Positions 11,851 through 25,690 of a stretch of DNA of 64,000 bases are shown here, piece by piece (the first letter of the stretch is position 1; each line of letters opens with the position of its first letter). The translations under genes and the position numbers were made by a program. Under the pieces are notes generated by a model. The model had not been told where the DNA came from. It made no database searches and saw nothing but the letters and a program-made list of their open reading frames with translations. This DNA comes from Camelus dromedarius (lineage: Eukaryota). The stretch spans positions 34,784,001 through 34,848,000 of the forward strand of contig NC_087447.1 of the NCBI RefSeq assembly GCF_036321535.1, in the 5' to 3' direction.

Positions 11851-13812
11851 AAACATTTCTTAAGTATCTGTTGTTGACACAGGTGAACAGTGACAGATGC
11901 TACTCAAACTACGGAAATATCTCCCAAGGTGATCCCATTGAGTCACCTCTGAACCTCTGAGTTGATTTGCATTTGTTAATTTGCTGGCCCTGTGATACCC
12001 ACTTGTGCTGCTTTGGGCTTCTCGAGAGACTTTGTCCCAGCTAAATAGTGCATGTAGAAACAGCCTGAACCCAAAGGATCACTGATGTAGACAGAGCCCT
12101 GCTAATCCATCAGTGCAAGATGAAGTTGACTTGGTACTTTGGCTGCGCAGGTGCTCTGACCTGCAGTGAGTGTCCTCTCTCCAACTCCACACTGCCGACC
12201 AGAGCAGTTAAAACTTCCCTCAGAGCACTGGCTCTGGAGCAGAGAACCCAGTTCAAGTTCTGGCTTTACCACTTACCAGCTGTGGGACCTCACCTCTCAA
12301 GCCAGATTCTTCACCTGTAAAAACGGAATAGTAACACCTGTATCTTCCCACTGCTTGAGAGAGAAAGAAACAGAGAAAAAGAGACAGAGAGAGAGAGAGA
12401 AGAGAGATCACACCTGAGAAAGAATCAAACACTTGGTAGTGTTTTAAGCTGAAAGTATTATGGAAGGAATGCTGTTATCACTATAATCAGCAAGTGATGA
12501 GTGGACATGAGAACAAAGAGGCCAATAACAAAAAATCTGAAGGACGTAAGTACATCAATTATTTGTTTCACCAAGTCTCACTTCATTTCAGCGAAGATGA
12601 CAATATTTGTTTTCTATCTCTTGGGAGAAAGGAACCATCTTGATGCACTTAAGTGTCTCTGCCCATTTCCCTGTCTTTCATGGATGGGACGCGTGGCCAG
12701 GAGCAACCTCTGAGCGGTAGTTTTAAATTAACTCTCTCTTTGAAATAAGAGCCAATGACAAATGTCTGACCACTGGTGCATAGAAACAGTGAAAACCCCG
12801 GTTACTTTATGAATATGGCTGACACTGCATACATTATAGTCCAATTACGTTTCTTTTCAGAGTGGTTTGGATGAGCAGATGAAAGCTGAGACTCCCAGGC
12901 CTGTAAATTCTCTACAGTATATCCCCTCTTTGTATGGCATGGTTTAAAGCAGAGGTTTCCAAAGTGGGAGAGAAGCCAGTGCCCTAGGCAGCATGTAAAA
13001 TAATACTAGAGCATGAGAAAAAGAATTAGAACTTTTATTATACTCATTTTTATCTTTTCAGTGCATAGCTTAGAGTATGTTTTATAATGTATATAATAGC
13101 ACAGTAATATGTTTTTAATATATAGGTACATACACATATGTACAAATATATGTCTGTGTTGCTTAAAAATGTTTACTGAGGGGGCCATGGACAAATGAAT
13201 TTGGGAACCAATGTTGTAGAAGGGATTTGAAGTTTGACCTGGGATTGAATTTCCCTGTCTGCTAAGTGATCTGTTTTCCCAATGACTTTCCAGCTTTTAG
13301 TTATTCTAGGAGAACGAAGGGGAGGGAGCAACTCTAGTCTTGACACTGCCACTGACACACCGTTGACTCCACTGTGTGGCCTTGGGGGTTACTGAGCCTT
13401 CACGAGCTGTATTTATTTCATTCCTCACTCATACAATGGGTGTAATAATGTCTTTACAAAGCGACTGAGAGAATTAAATAGAACGGTGCTTATTCTGATT
13501 TGGGGTATGAAGAGACTGTGCTAAGGCGTGCATGTGGGAAGACTGCCCTCGCCGTTCCATCTCACTCCCTTGCCTGGTCTTCTTTGTATCCTGTTGCACA
13601 ACAGCTTACTCACTTATGGCTACTCCGGGGGAACAATGGGGCAGGAACGGTGGGGTCTAGTCCCAGTATTACCATTTGCTTACTGCTAAGTCACCATTCA
13701 GCTAACATTGATTGAACACCCTGCGAGGTGTCCAACACATGCTTAATATTGTTTATTTCTCATAGAATGCAAAAGGGATTTGCTTCATTTTTCAGAAGCA
13801 GCAGCTCTGGAG

Positions 13813-14015
13813 CAGTGCTATCTAACAGAACTTCTGCGGTGATGGAAACACGCTCTGTCTATGCTGTTCAGGGTGCAGGCCTGAGCCACATGCGGGTATT
13901 AAGCACTTAGAGTATGGCTACTGTGAGTGAGGAGCTGAATTTTTAACTTTATTTAATTTTAAATGATTTCAATTTAGCCATATGTGACTACTGGCTACTG
14001 CTTTGGACAGTGCAA
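13813..14015 (+). mobile_element. MER3 (hAT-Charlie MITE), full length
   Basis: Termini CAGTGCTATC...GGACAGTGCAA, ~203 bp, with internal MER3 motifs. Flanked by an 8-bp TSD CTCTGGAG (13805-13812) / CTCTAGAG (14016-14023). Confidence 0.85.
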
Positions 14016-14063
14016 CTCTAGAGATTGCTGAGCTAGCATGCAAGTGTAAGGCAAAAATGAGAC

Positions 14064-14433
14064 TGTTATGGGCTGAATTCTATCTCCCCCACATTCATCT
14101 GTCAAAGTCCTAACCCCAACTACCTCAGAATGTGACTGTATTTGAAGATAGAGCTTTTAAAAGTAAAAATGAAGTCTGTGAGTGGGACCTAATGCAACAT
14201 GACTGGTGTCCTTATAAAAAGAGGAAATTAGAACACAGCTGGGGAAAGACCGTCTGAAAACATGTGCAGAAGATGACCAGCTACAAGCCAAGGAGACAGG
14301 CCTCAGAAGAAACCAACCCTGCTCACAGCTTGATCTTGAACTTCTAGCCCCTAGAATTGTGGGAATATAATTTCTGCAGTTTAAACCACCCAGTATATGG
14401 TATTTTTTATGGCAGTTTTATAAAACTAATACA
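14064..14433 (+). mobile_element. MLT1A/MLT1B-like solo MaLR LTR
   Basis: TG...CA termini (TGTTATGGGCTGAATT...AACTAATACA), typical internal motifs, and a 5-bp TSD GAGAC/AAGAC. Confidence 0.85.
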
Positions 14434-14507
14434 AAGACCTTTTCAATTATGTGAGAATTTAGTTCATTTACAATAGACCCTCTCAATGCATTAAGAATGC
14501 ATTCTAT

Positions 14508-14539
14508 CACACACACACATACACACACACACACACACA
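14508..14539. repeat. (CA)n microsatellite with one interruption
   Basis: Read directly from the sequence. Confidence 0.95.
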
Positions 14540-16639
14540 GAGTTAAAAATGTAAGATAAAAAAATACAAGAAATAGTAGTTGAATGAGGAAAGTAGTAAC
14601 ATTTATAATTTGGTTTAAATAACTACTGATGCCTAATTAACAAAACTAATTACAACCTGGAACTGAAATCCCAGATAATCTACATATGAGAGGTAATGGG
14701 CAGGTGTGTAACTGCAAGGTCAAGGTGAAGGAAGAGGGCAAGGTGGTGATGGTGAAAGTGTGCTGAGGGTCTCATAAGTTGCTCATCCCATAGAAGAAAC
14801 AAAATATGGCTACAAATTAAATATGTGTGTGTGTGTGTATATATATATATATGCATTAGTTTTCAAGTTAGAGGAAGAAAATAATTTCTAAGTCATAAGA
14901 GAAAAACATGACAGAAAGAAAACTATTAAATCCAATAAAAGGCCAGAAAAGGAAAAAGAAACATTATAAAAATAAAATAAAATAAGATGAAAGGAGTAAG
15001 ACTATATATATTTTAAAATCACAATAAACATGAATGGGCTAAAATACCCTTTAAAAAGATTACTCAAGTTAGGTAAAACCAAAAATGTTATCAGTTGCTA
15101 ACTCTGGGAAGGAGAATAGGATTGTGGGAGGACACTGTAACAATTTAGCCTACATACATCCTTATTGTTTAGTCTTTCACAATAAAATGTGTTCCTGTGT
15201 TACTTGTGTAATTAGAAAACTTTTTTTTTTAAGGGTCAGAAACATTTCCTCACTCCTTTAGAAATAATTCTACTATACACATTGCATTTCCCCTTAAGCC
15301 AGCCAGACCCCTTTTTTGGACATTAATGTCCATATTGATAAAATGAAAGTTGTGGGCCACATTTGTGACTTTCAAGTTTTGTCTCAAAGAAGTATTTTAG
15401 AAGCTACTTTAGGGGTTCAGAGAAAGGCTATATGAATAGACCACCTATTGTTATATTAGACCACCTATTTATTTCAAGCAGTGAAGTCCCTCTTTTATCT
15501 GCTTTATATATTGAAGTCCCATTTAAGATTATCTATAGAAAATAGTATTATCATCCTAAAAAAGCACAAAAGCTTGAAAGCTGCTATCCTAGAAGACTTC
15601 TAAAGTTCCTTCTAACTTTAACATTCTAGAGTACTTGCCATTTCCCCATTTCTACAACAAATACACACTTCTGCATGAAAACACAGACCAGGGTATCTCA
15701 TGTGAGGTTTTGCTATGCCCTTTTCTGTGAAATTACAGCCTTCTTTATAGTGAAATATTCCATCACTGAACCAATTGCTTTGTGGGCGTGTAACGAACAG
15801 GCTAATATGGCTGATTTGAAGGACTGGATTTCATACACCTCTCGGGTGGGTATTACCTACACCTGACCTCAACATTCAGGTCAACACTAGTGGAAAGTGC
15901 ACTCATCTAAGGGACAGATAACCTGAATTTCAGTCTAGGAACTGCCAATGACTCGTCTGGCGTTGAGCAAGTTAGGTGCCTCAGTTTCCTCAGCCATTAA
16001 CATGAAGAACTAATCTATTAAATCTCTTAACTTCTTGTTAGTTATCAAATTCGATAATTCCTGCGAGTCCTTGATGCTTGATCAAAGCCAAATATGTGCG
16101 TATCAAGCAGAGGGAAATCAGACCTCCAAAGAAAATGTGGGTTCACAGAGACTTATCAAGACTTGGCATAAATAGGATGCACTGTCATGTTAAATTTTTA
16201 AGCAGAAAAAGATAACAAAGTAACTCAAAATTTTTGAGAGGAAACTTTTCCTCATAGGATGGGGGGTCATGAAGTGACAGGACCCTGATTATGAGCTGAC
16301 CTTTATTTCCCAAGCATCTTTGAAGAGATTATCTAAGAATCATTTCAGACACCCATCACTCTTATTTTTAGCTCTGAGTTCTCTCATGAGCATAGTGACC
16401 TGTGTCTCGGAGTTCCAGAGGGCGCCCAGATATGGCTCATGATTCATCTGCAGGTACCTCGCATTGATTTCCAGGAAGGTCAGGGGCATAGGAGCCTAGA
16501 AAAATGATTTTAGGTGTAAAATCCTTCTTTGCTTTTACCCCTGTTCCAACCACTCGATCAGAAACATACATTCCACAAATTGATCCCTTGGCGCCAGAGG
16601 TGATTGGCAATTACAACAGCACCCCAGCAGTACTGGTCT

Positions 16640-16830
16640 CCAAGGGCCTCGCAGCTGGTGTGCGGGGAACGGCACTCAGGGCTTTGGTCACCAGCTATTT
16701 TCAGCCTCTGATAGCAGTTGTGTTACTCATGTCTCATTCACCCTCTCCCCTCGCCTCCCTCCCCTTCCCCTCCGCAGGCCAAGGCTGATGACGGGCCCCG
16801 TGTATTTAAAGAGGACGTGAGCCCCCTGGT
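16640..16830 (+). promoter_or_regulatory. CSRP3: CSRP3 proximal promoter: E-box CAGCTG 16652-16657, MEF2-like CTATTTTCAG 16695-16704, GATA TGATAG 16709-16714, E-box CAGTTG 16715-16720, C-rich tract, TATA-like TATTTAAA 16803-16810
   Basis: Motifs are read directly. The TATA element lies about 30 nt upstream of a short exon with a strong donor, and the motif set is typical of striated-muscle promoters. Confidence 0.75.
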
Positions 16831-16832
16831 GC

Positions 16833-16861
16833 AGTGGAGCCAACAGAGACCACACAGGCAG
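16833..16861 (+). other. CSRP3: CSRP3 non-coding exon 1 (TSS approximate)
   Basis: Ends in the consensus donor CAG|GTAAGC (GT 16862-16863). Joined to exon 2 it gives ...GACCACACAGGCAG|ACTTGATCTTGA..., matching the CSRP3 5' UTR as I recall it. Confidence 0.8.
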
Positions 16862-19800
16862 GTAAGCAGAGTGAAACCGGCATCATCGGGGCTGGGGGTG
16901 GGCTGGCCTGGTGGCTGGTTGGGACAAGGAAGGGTCCCATAGAGTACGGGTGTGTTCCACATCCCAAGTGCTGGCATCCCCTCCGGTTCTGTGCGGGCAG
17001 GCTCAAGTTATGTCCCGTTCTGGTGTGGACCTAGCAGTTGTCTGGAACATTCCTAAAAGGGTGATTAGAACTGGGGGCTCAAAGAAAACTCACAGAGAAT
17101 GAGTAAGGAACTATTTTGATCCAAAACTATCTTCATGGTGGAATGTTTCTTGTCGTCTTAGTCAAGAGACCTGCATTCTAGTCCTGGGACCAGGTAATGA
17201 ATGGATGTGCGACTTGGAAGAATTTCCTGTGCTCAGGGTCTTGGTGTCCTCTGCAAGGACTGATATGGATGTTGTGACATTTTTCTAAACTATAAAGTGC
17301 TGCATAGCTATAAACTGGTTGCAACAGACACAATACAGCAGGAGTCAGCTTTCTAAAGCTCAAAATACAAGGAATTGTGCTATTAATAAGGTGTGGGTGA
17401 ATGACTCAGATTTCTATAGTTCACCATATCCTGTCTTGCACCTATGAAATACTCAGCGAAGTTGTTGGTTCGAGTAGATTTAATATGCCAAGGATGGATG
17501 TTCAGCAATAGGCTTGCTTTAGACATTTGCTATATTGAAAACCCATTAAAAGCTCTGTTTACTTGGAAAATTAATTCCCAGCGGGAATAAGGCGTGAGTC
17601 CCAGTGTTTCCTCTAGGCTTTGGTAAAGGGTTTTTTTGTTTGTTTGTTTGTTTTTTAACATGCCAGTGAATGACAGGCATGAGTGTGACTGAGAATGAGA
17701 AGTGGTTTTAAGCAATGGTCTGAGTGGAGATGCTGCCCAGAGATCAAAGCCTCCACTTCTAATTTCTGATCCCTTTGCTTAGCTGGGGTGGTGACTCCCC
17801 AAGAAGGAGGGGATGGGGAACAGGTCTGAAGAACCTTGTCTCTCTGCAGCACAATTCAATGCAATTCAGTGAGCTTGTATTGACCATCTCCTGTGTTGGG
17901 GATGGAAGAGGGGGCGGAAGAGGCAGCACTAATGCAGGGAAGGGTGGCCTCTACATGAAAAGGGCAGGGAAACCAGGAAAACCTGTGTCCTCAGTTTACT
18001 TTTGGGAGTGAATCTCAATGCTGGGTACAACCAATTCATCACAATGTATGTAAAACTGCTTTATGACCCAGAAAATGTCAGGGATCCTTCTGGATCAGCT
18101 TTGGTTCCACTCTGAACAATTCAGTCCTTAAAATGAGCCCTGGCCATTGGTAGGGAGTGCAGCTGACCTCCAGGCTCGGTGTCCTCCTGGCCCAGACAGG
18201 TGCTCTGCAGTACACACACAAGCTGTCCATTGGAGATCAGGGAGGCAGGTGGGGACAGCGGGGAGAGAGAAGAGAAAAGAGTGAGCAGGATCCTTCAACA
18301 GGCAAATCACTGTGATCCTCTCAGAAGCAGAGACAGAATCTTGGTAGAATACAAATTTAGAAACCCTGAGACTCACAGAAGGACACAGAGGAAAATGAAG
18401 AGCATCAGTCATAGAAGCGGTTCAAATTCTAGCTCTGAACATCGCTTAACTTCTCTGAGTTTCCATTTCTGAACAGTAAAATTAAAGTAACGCCACCTAT
18501 CCCAAAGGGATTTGTTAAAATCAGATGAGATAAAGTATAGAGAAGTACTTCGTGAGATTAATAAACAGTACAGATATTCAAGGCTTTTGAGAAAAGGCAC
18601 AGAGCCAAACCCAATGGGCTGCAGGAGGATTTCCTGCTAAGTACGCGTGTGATGATTAAAGTCCAGAGGTCAGAGTGAATAACAAGCTGAGCAGGAGTTA
18701 GAATATGATTAATTTGTTTTACTGGAGAAAGGACACAGACAAGGAGTATAATACACAGGAAATACAACTCCTGAGGCAGGCACTTCGAATTATAAGCATG
18801 CTGCTCAGATGTCCGGGAATAGTATATCCAGAGCTGGGCTTCATGGCCAAAGAGAAATGTGATGCCTTCAAGTGTGAAAAACTGCAGTTATTCATTGCAG
18901 TGAAGGAAAGCAGGAGGCGAGACAATAACTGTCTTCTTATTGGGTCCAAGGAGGATGGAAGGCCTTTTCTGAGCCTCCTCGTGGACCTCATCATGGGAAA
19001 GGGTTGATCATGATTTGTTGGTTGTTTACTGCCCTGTGCAGGCATGGAACAAGATTAGCCTATTTAACTGTCATCAAAAGTCCTGCGAGAAGTCATTCTT
19101 CAGAGGCAGAAATGAAAGTTCAAGGAAGCAAAGTAATCACTCAGGGGCACACGGCTAGAAAGCGGCAGAGCCAGGGAAGCAACGTGGTCTTTGAAAACAA
19201 ACTATAAAGGTCAAGATAGAACAAAGTGAATTTCTGAGAGTAGAAGTTGGCCACAACTCAGAGATAATTTCAGAAAAGATATGATAGGACCCATGCATTA
19301 TAGCCTTAGTTTAAGGGGCAGGCATGTCTGCTCTGTCTGAACTTTAAAGGGATGAGAGCTGGGTTTATTTCTGTGCTGGGAATAGGGGACCTATGCTTCC
19401 CAAGCTTTTTGAAAGGGCCTCTGGATGGGGAGACTTCATATTTCTGTCCAGAAGCTTAGGAGAAGCCAATGACCTTGAGTGTCCTATACCAGGGAGCTAA
19501 AGGCCATGGCCTCCCTGGGCCATGGGGACTCTGTTTGGGTTCACTGCTTCCCTTCAAAGTCCAGAGCACCAGCGAAATCAACAGATATTAGGCACCAGAG
19601 CTGCCAAAGTGAGGAAGTGGCTGTCCTGGGGCACAGGCTCGGGATCCTTCCCGATGTGCTGTCCCTGACACTGGGCACCAGGATCCCCCGAGAAGGCCGA
19701 CTCTCTCCCTGGCCTGGCTACCTCCGCTCCTGCGTACAGCACACTCTGAAGGCTGAGAAATGGAGTTGGTTCACAGTCTGAACAGAAGGGTCATGGAAAA

Positions 19801-20544
19801 GAAGTAGGAAAGATTTACTTGCTTTAAGAAAGTGGATTTTAAAACTAGAGATAAAATAGTAACACTAATAGTAATAATGAAAGCAACTAAAATTATTAAA
19901 TACCCACTCTGTGTAAGTATTTATGTATTTAGTATCTTAGCTATTACTATTATCTTATTTAACCTGAAAACAACCTTCAAAGACAAGACTTCTCATCCTC
20001 TCTTTACATGCATGAGGACACTGGGCCCAGAGATTTTCAGCACTTTGCCCAAGGTTAAGTAGATAGTGTTTTTTGAACCTTAGCTTGGTTCTTTCCAAAG
20101 CCCATGCTTTCCCACTATGCCACGTCATTTGTTTTACCTGGACTAAGAGAATAGAGAAGAGGCAGTGTTTAAGGGGAGACACCATTGGGCAGCTTTTCTG
20201 CAAGGTGAGGCTCCAGTCACCGATCAGGTCCCTAAACCCGTCTCAGAGCTTGAAGGACCCTTGAAGGGGCTTCACTGCCATTGCAGCCCCTTGGATATTC
20301 ATCCTCTGCTATGCTCAGTCCAATGGTGAGAAAGAACTCTCTAGCCCCAAAGAGCCCTTTCCGTGTTTGAACAGCACGGACTCTTAGAGAGCCCTTTATT
20401 TTACTGAATTGAATTCTGTCTCCCTGTTACTCCTACCCATGAGAATGCTCTGTCTCATGGCGAGACAGTGGGTCAATCAGATCCCAATTCCCATTAACTG
20501 GGAAGCTTGGTTAATGGAGGCATTGACCCTTGTCCCTGGCCCAG

Positions 20545-20930
20545 TGTAGTGGAAGTGGAGACAAGGGATACAGAACAAGCTTAACTGGGGGGTTTGAATT
20601 GCAGCTCTGCCACTTACTAGCTGCGGGACCTTGATAAGTCACTTAAGCTCTCTGAGTCTTAGTTTTCTCACCTGCAAAATGGGGATCACAAAATTTGCTC
20701 TGCAGGGCTGTTGTATTAAAGGTAGTATATATAAAGCAACTGACATGTAAACAAGAAATAGTAACTAATGTTAATACAAGAACACAGCTTTGGAGTCAGA
20801 GAGATCTAAGTTCCAACCTAGCCATGTGACCTTGGGCAGTGTAATTTCCCCAGATTCCAAGTTCCCATTTCTAGTCAATGTTGTAACAGTACCTACCTTG
20901 AAGGGTTGCTGTGAAGATTAAATGAAGTGT
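20545..20930 (+). mobile_element. Two adjacent MIR SINE fragments
   Basis: MIR core 'ctctgccacttactagctgcgggaccttgataagtcacttaagctctctgagtcttagttttctcacctgcaaaatgggga', followed by a second copy 'gttgctgtgaagattaaatga'. Confidence 0.7.
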
Positions 20931-22660
20931 AAACCAAGGGCTGGGCTCCAGGCACTCTGGCTTCAATAACAACATTGTTATATTAGTAATGATTATAGTT
21001 ATCACTTAGATTCCAGATATCTGTTTCTATGATCCAAAATCTCTGCTTCAGTCAGTGTAGACAATTTAACTCACTATGTGGAATCAGGCATAAAACAGGA
21101 CAACCAAATGAACTAACACTGAGATGAAAATGGCATTGTCACTGGAGGTCTCTGCTCAAAGCCGTGGCCCAAGGTTCCCTCCCTGGTTCCTTAATGGACT
21201 CCTACAAAGAAGAAACAGAATCACTGAGCACTCATTTCTTCTACCCTACCCACTTTTGCCCTAAGGTATCACCTTCCAGCTCCACAGTAGGTAGTTTAAA
21301 AAAAGGAAAGAGTGTTAGATTAGGAAGAATGTGCCCAAGATACACAGTACAGTTATTGTTTTATAAGTTCAGATTGATACATGACAACTTGGAGTTACTG
21401 CAGAACTAACTGGTCCTTACATTTTATAATACTCTGCGGTTTACAAAGTGATTTGACGCAGCTGAACTACTACCGTGCTCCCAGCGATAGTGAAACAGAT
21501 GGGACTATTACGCCTGTTTTAGAGAGAGGATACTGAAGTGCAGAAGGCTTGCATGGTTTTCCCAGATCACACAGCTATGAAGACAGAACTAGAACTCCGG
21601 CCTCCTGCCTCTGGTTTACTGCCTTCTCCAGCCCTTACTGTAGCACATTCTCAGTATAATCGCTTTTGTAGCATATTCATTACGAAATCTACCCAGGTAG
21701 TCTCTCACAGGGATCTGGGTATCCAAAAGTCTGGCGTCCACCCTCTCCCCAGTTGACATAGCAGGGTCCTGTGTACTGTCTCATCCTCATAAATCCCAAA
21801 TTGTCCCTCATTTCAATCCTGACCCACGACTTGGTCTGTGACAACACAGCCATGTTGGGACTGACCCAGGGAGTAGTGCCAGGTGATGTGATGGAGACTG
21901 TGATCCAGTGACAAATAGGGCTGAGTGACGGGCAAGCCTATATTTAGTGTCCCACCTTCATTGACCCTTGCCTGTGCCAGGCAACGCTGATAAACAAATG
22001 GCCCATCCCTTGGTATCTTGCCAGCTTAACTCACATTCCAGGCCCGGTTAGGGGGGTGCTGAGACACAGGAATTCCAAAGCAATGTAGCAGGCTGAAAAG
22101 GTTATATATGTAAGCCAGGACCTAAATGTGCTTTCAAATCATAGTGACTTAATTAGCAGATTGGTGCTATTTGAATAGCCTGAAATAAAGTGGGTAACAA
22201 TGGCTTACCTTTGAGCAGCATCTCAGTGCTGCTTTAAATTCCATCATCTTTCCATGACCTTCACAATGGTCCTGTGAGGAAAGTGCAGAACATAGTATTA
22301 TTGTCATTTTTCACCCAATTCAAGGCCGCAGGGTCAAGCCTAGAACCTGCATCTTCCAATTCAGGATGCTTTACAACTCCCTCTGCCTTTTGGCCTCTGA
22401 GCATCTGAAGAAGAAATCAGAGATGTCTTCTGTGTTAAGCCCCCACGGCTACCTTTCCATCTTTGGAAATGGAACTGAGCACCTGTCTAATAGAGTGCTT
22501 CTGGATTTCTATTTTGAGTTTCAAGTCCTGATATACGAATGTCAGATATTTATGATCACTTAAAAACAACCTGTGCCAGGCTCCATTACCTTGTGAATAA
22601 GCTATTATCTGTAATCTTATACTCATTTTGAAAAGTATCATGTGTAGACAATTGCTGAAT

Positions 22661-22684
22661 ACACACACACACACACACACACAC
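22661..22684. repeat. (AC)12 microsatellite
   Basis: Read directly from the sequence. Confidence 0.95.
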
Positions 22685-24573
22685 CCCTAAGAGGCACATC
22701 TCTTTCCCATTAACTTGCAGGACATGTCATCAAAATCTCCACTGAAGATTTGAAATGAGAAACCTGACCTAGGTTTGTTTTCATTGAAAATTTTCACATC
22801 ATTAATTTCACAAGTGTCACTGTCACGTTCCCAGGTATATATTTATTCTCTGTTTTATATTACATTGAAACTCAGGATCAAGATGAACACAAGCAGGATT
22901 ATGTGATTCTACCCTTTTCCAAACAATGTATCATCTTTACTCAAGAAGGATAGATATTAAAAGAAGAAGCTGGCTAAGAAAATACCCCCAAATGTCTACT
23001 TTTTATGCCTCCCTTTGTTTGTAAATGAGGTAGCAATCTAGAAAACCTATTCCTAAAAATTTTAATAGAGTAAAAAATAATGTGGGCTCTTTGAGAGCAT
23101 TTGAAGGTCTCTATGCCTTTCTGGGTGATTCTTCCTGAAGTGTCTTTTCCTCTTTTCTCTATCTACGGAAATCTTTTTCCCCCTTCAAAACCCTACTTAG
23201 ATGTGATGTTTTCTGTGATCCTCCAACCACTCAAGCTTTCTTCCCTAATCTAAACATGGGGAGCCATCCCCTCCTTTGAGTTCTCATAGCACTCCTCATA
23301 AGACTCTTCTCTGTACAGAGAATACTGATTTCTGCCCATCTTCCTCACTAGAATGTAGGCTTCTCAAAGCTAGGGAACACAAATTACTCATTTTTATAAA
23401 CTTTACTCTCTTGGGTCCCTCACCAAGTAATTAGTTCAGTGCTTAACACATGATAGGTGGGGAGTAAATGCATGGTGATTAAGTCAATGAATGAATGAAC
23501 GAATGCAGACTTGATCCCAAGCCTTTCAACTCAAAATCCATTACTCCCACCACTATCCTAAACAACCTACACAATAGAAATGGGAGCACTGAATGTTTCG
23601 ATTTTTAAAAATATATATACATTTTCTAAGATTTTACTGAACAAAAAGAAAAGCCTGCTCCTCTGAGAGGAAGGATAGGATGTTCCTGGCTCCCCTCACA
23701 CTGTTTTTGGAAGCAGGGAAAGCGCCTTGAAGAATATTTACATGGAGAGTTTTCCTTTGGTCCTAGTATCAGGTTCTGTGGTCTGTTTGCTATTTACTTT
23801 CTGTTCCTTAGCAAAATCTGTCTTTGTTACAAGGCTGGGAGGCACAATCTGGACCAGGTGATCCAGGAGGCTTAGTGTTAACCGCCAACTATTATAAGAA
23901 GGTGACTGGCTTCCCAGAAGGGAAAGAGAAGGTCAGAAGCAGCCACTTGGAATGGCCTGATAGTGTTTGGTGTCAATGACAAGATGACACACCAGGCTTT
24001 TTAGAAACCAAGGGATCCTAGAGAAAATTCAGTGCCCCTGAGGCTGGCAGGATTTCAGAGATTTCACTGATACTGATGGCTTATTTTAATTCTGCTCTGG
24101 GAAGACTGAAAATTGGATTTGTACTTACATGCAGACACAGAAGGAAAAAAAAATTTTGTGGCCCTCCTTGTCTAGTATTTCTTAAACATAATTCTCTAGT
24201 GTGGAGACAAGGATGGCCTGGGGCTGGCTCTCAGCAGCTCCTGGCAGAATGTGCTTGAAGGGTGTGGGGGGACTCACAGCATCATCACCTGGCTCCTGTG
24301 ATCACACCTGGCATGGTGAGCTCTGACAAGTACCTTCCTATACATCGTGTCATCTGGTCCTCTAAACAACACTGGGAAGCAGCAAGGAGGAGAATGACTT
24401 TCATAGCATAGGTGGGAAAACAGACATAAAGAGAAGCTATGAAGTTCCTATCAATACATATGGCAAGTTACAGGTAGCTCTGAAAGCAGGAGGTAAGTTT
24501 CCAAACCACTGATCTCGTGCAGTGCCAATATAGCTCATAGCCTGGGCAATGATATTTCTTAAAAAGGAATGTA

Positions 24574-24806
24574 TTGGGAAGGGAAAGACTGGGATTTCAA
24601 AATGTAGAATAGATAAACAAAATTACACTGTATAGCACAGAGAAATATATACAAGGTCTTATGGTAGCTCACAGCAAAAAAAATGTGACAATGAATATAT
24701 GTTTATTCATGTGTAACTGAAAAATTGTGCTCTACACTGGTACTTGACACAACATTGTAAAATGACTATAACTCAATAAAAAAAATGTTAAAAAAGAAAG
24801 AAAAAA
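24574..24806 (+). mobile_element. Young 5'-truncated L1 3' end (camelid-type) in CSRP3 intron 1
   Basis: L1 3' UTR motifs, AATAAA 24775-24780 and an A-rich tail. Perfect 13-bp TSD AAAAAGGAATGTA at 24561-24573 and 24807-24819, at a TT|AAAA site. Confidence 0.85.
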
Positions 24807-25268
24807 AAAAAGGAATGTAGGGATAGGAGGGATAAATCTGAATAGAAGGCTTTCTAGCATCAGCCCTGTCTGGAGTCCATTAGAAATGCCGAATTTCCTG
24901 CCTCTCCCCAGATCTGCCAAGCCTGCATACTAGCAAGATCTGAGGTGAGTCAAGAAGCACTGAGCTAGATGAAAAGACAATACCATTTTCATCATTTGTT
25001 CCCAATTCTGATGAAGTAATTTTTTAAATCCCAGATAGAAGAAAATAATAATACTGGATATTTGTATATAATTTTAGATATACAAAACTATCTCATCCAT
25101 TCCTTCTAAGAACCCTGTGAGATATATAGGAGCAGGTGCTATTGAAATTTAACAAAAGAGGAAATTGAGTCCCAGAGTGGTAACGGGACTTGCTCAGAGC
25201 TTGCTCTGAGTGCCTCAGCTTATTGAGTGATTTTTCACACAGTAACCACTTGTTGAATGAATGAATGA

Positions 25269-25562
<294 letters not shown>

Positions 25563-25606
25563 TGAGGGCACTTCGAAGTTTATGTTTAGCCACAGATATT
25601 GTGTAT

Positions 25607-25690
25607 CAGTAGTTCTCAGAGTATGGTCCCAGGACCAGTAGCATCAGCATCCCCTGGGAACTTGTTAGAAATATCACTTTGGAGCCCCAT
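25607..25690 (+). mobile_element. MER5A-like hAT-Charlie fragment
   Basis: 'cagtagttctcagagtatggtcccaggaccagtagcatcagcatcccctgggaacttgttagaaat' matches the MER5A left end. Confidence 0.7.

Noticed and set aside
15437..15469. 13-bp direct repeat TAGACCACCTATT x2 (GLI-like GACCACCTA)
   Set aside because: A short local duplication, one mismatch from the GLI consensus, with no supporting context.
18705..19045. Overlapping ~100-aa ORFs on both strands in CSRP3 intron 1
   Set aside because: No recognisable domain, splice structure or retrogene hallmarks; consistent with chance.
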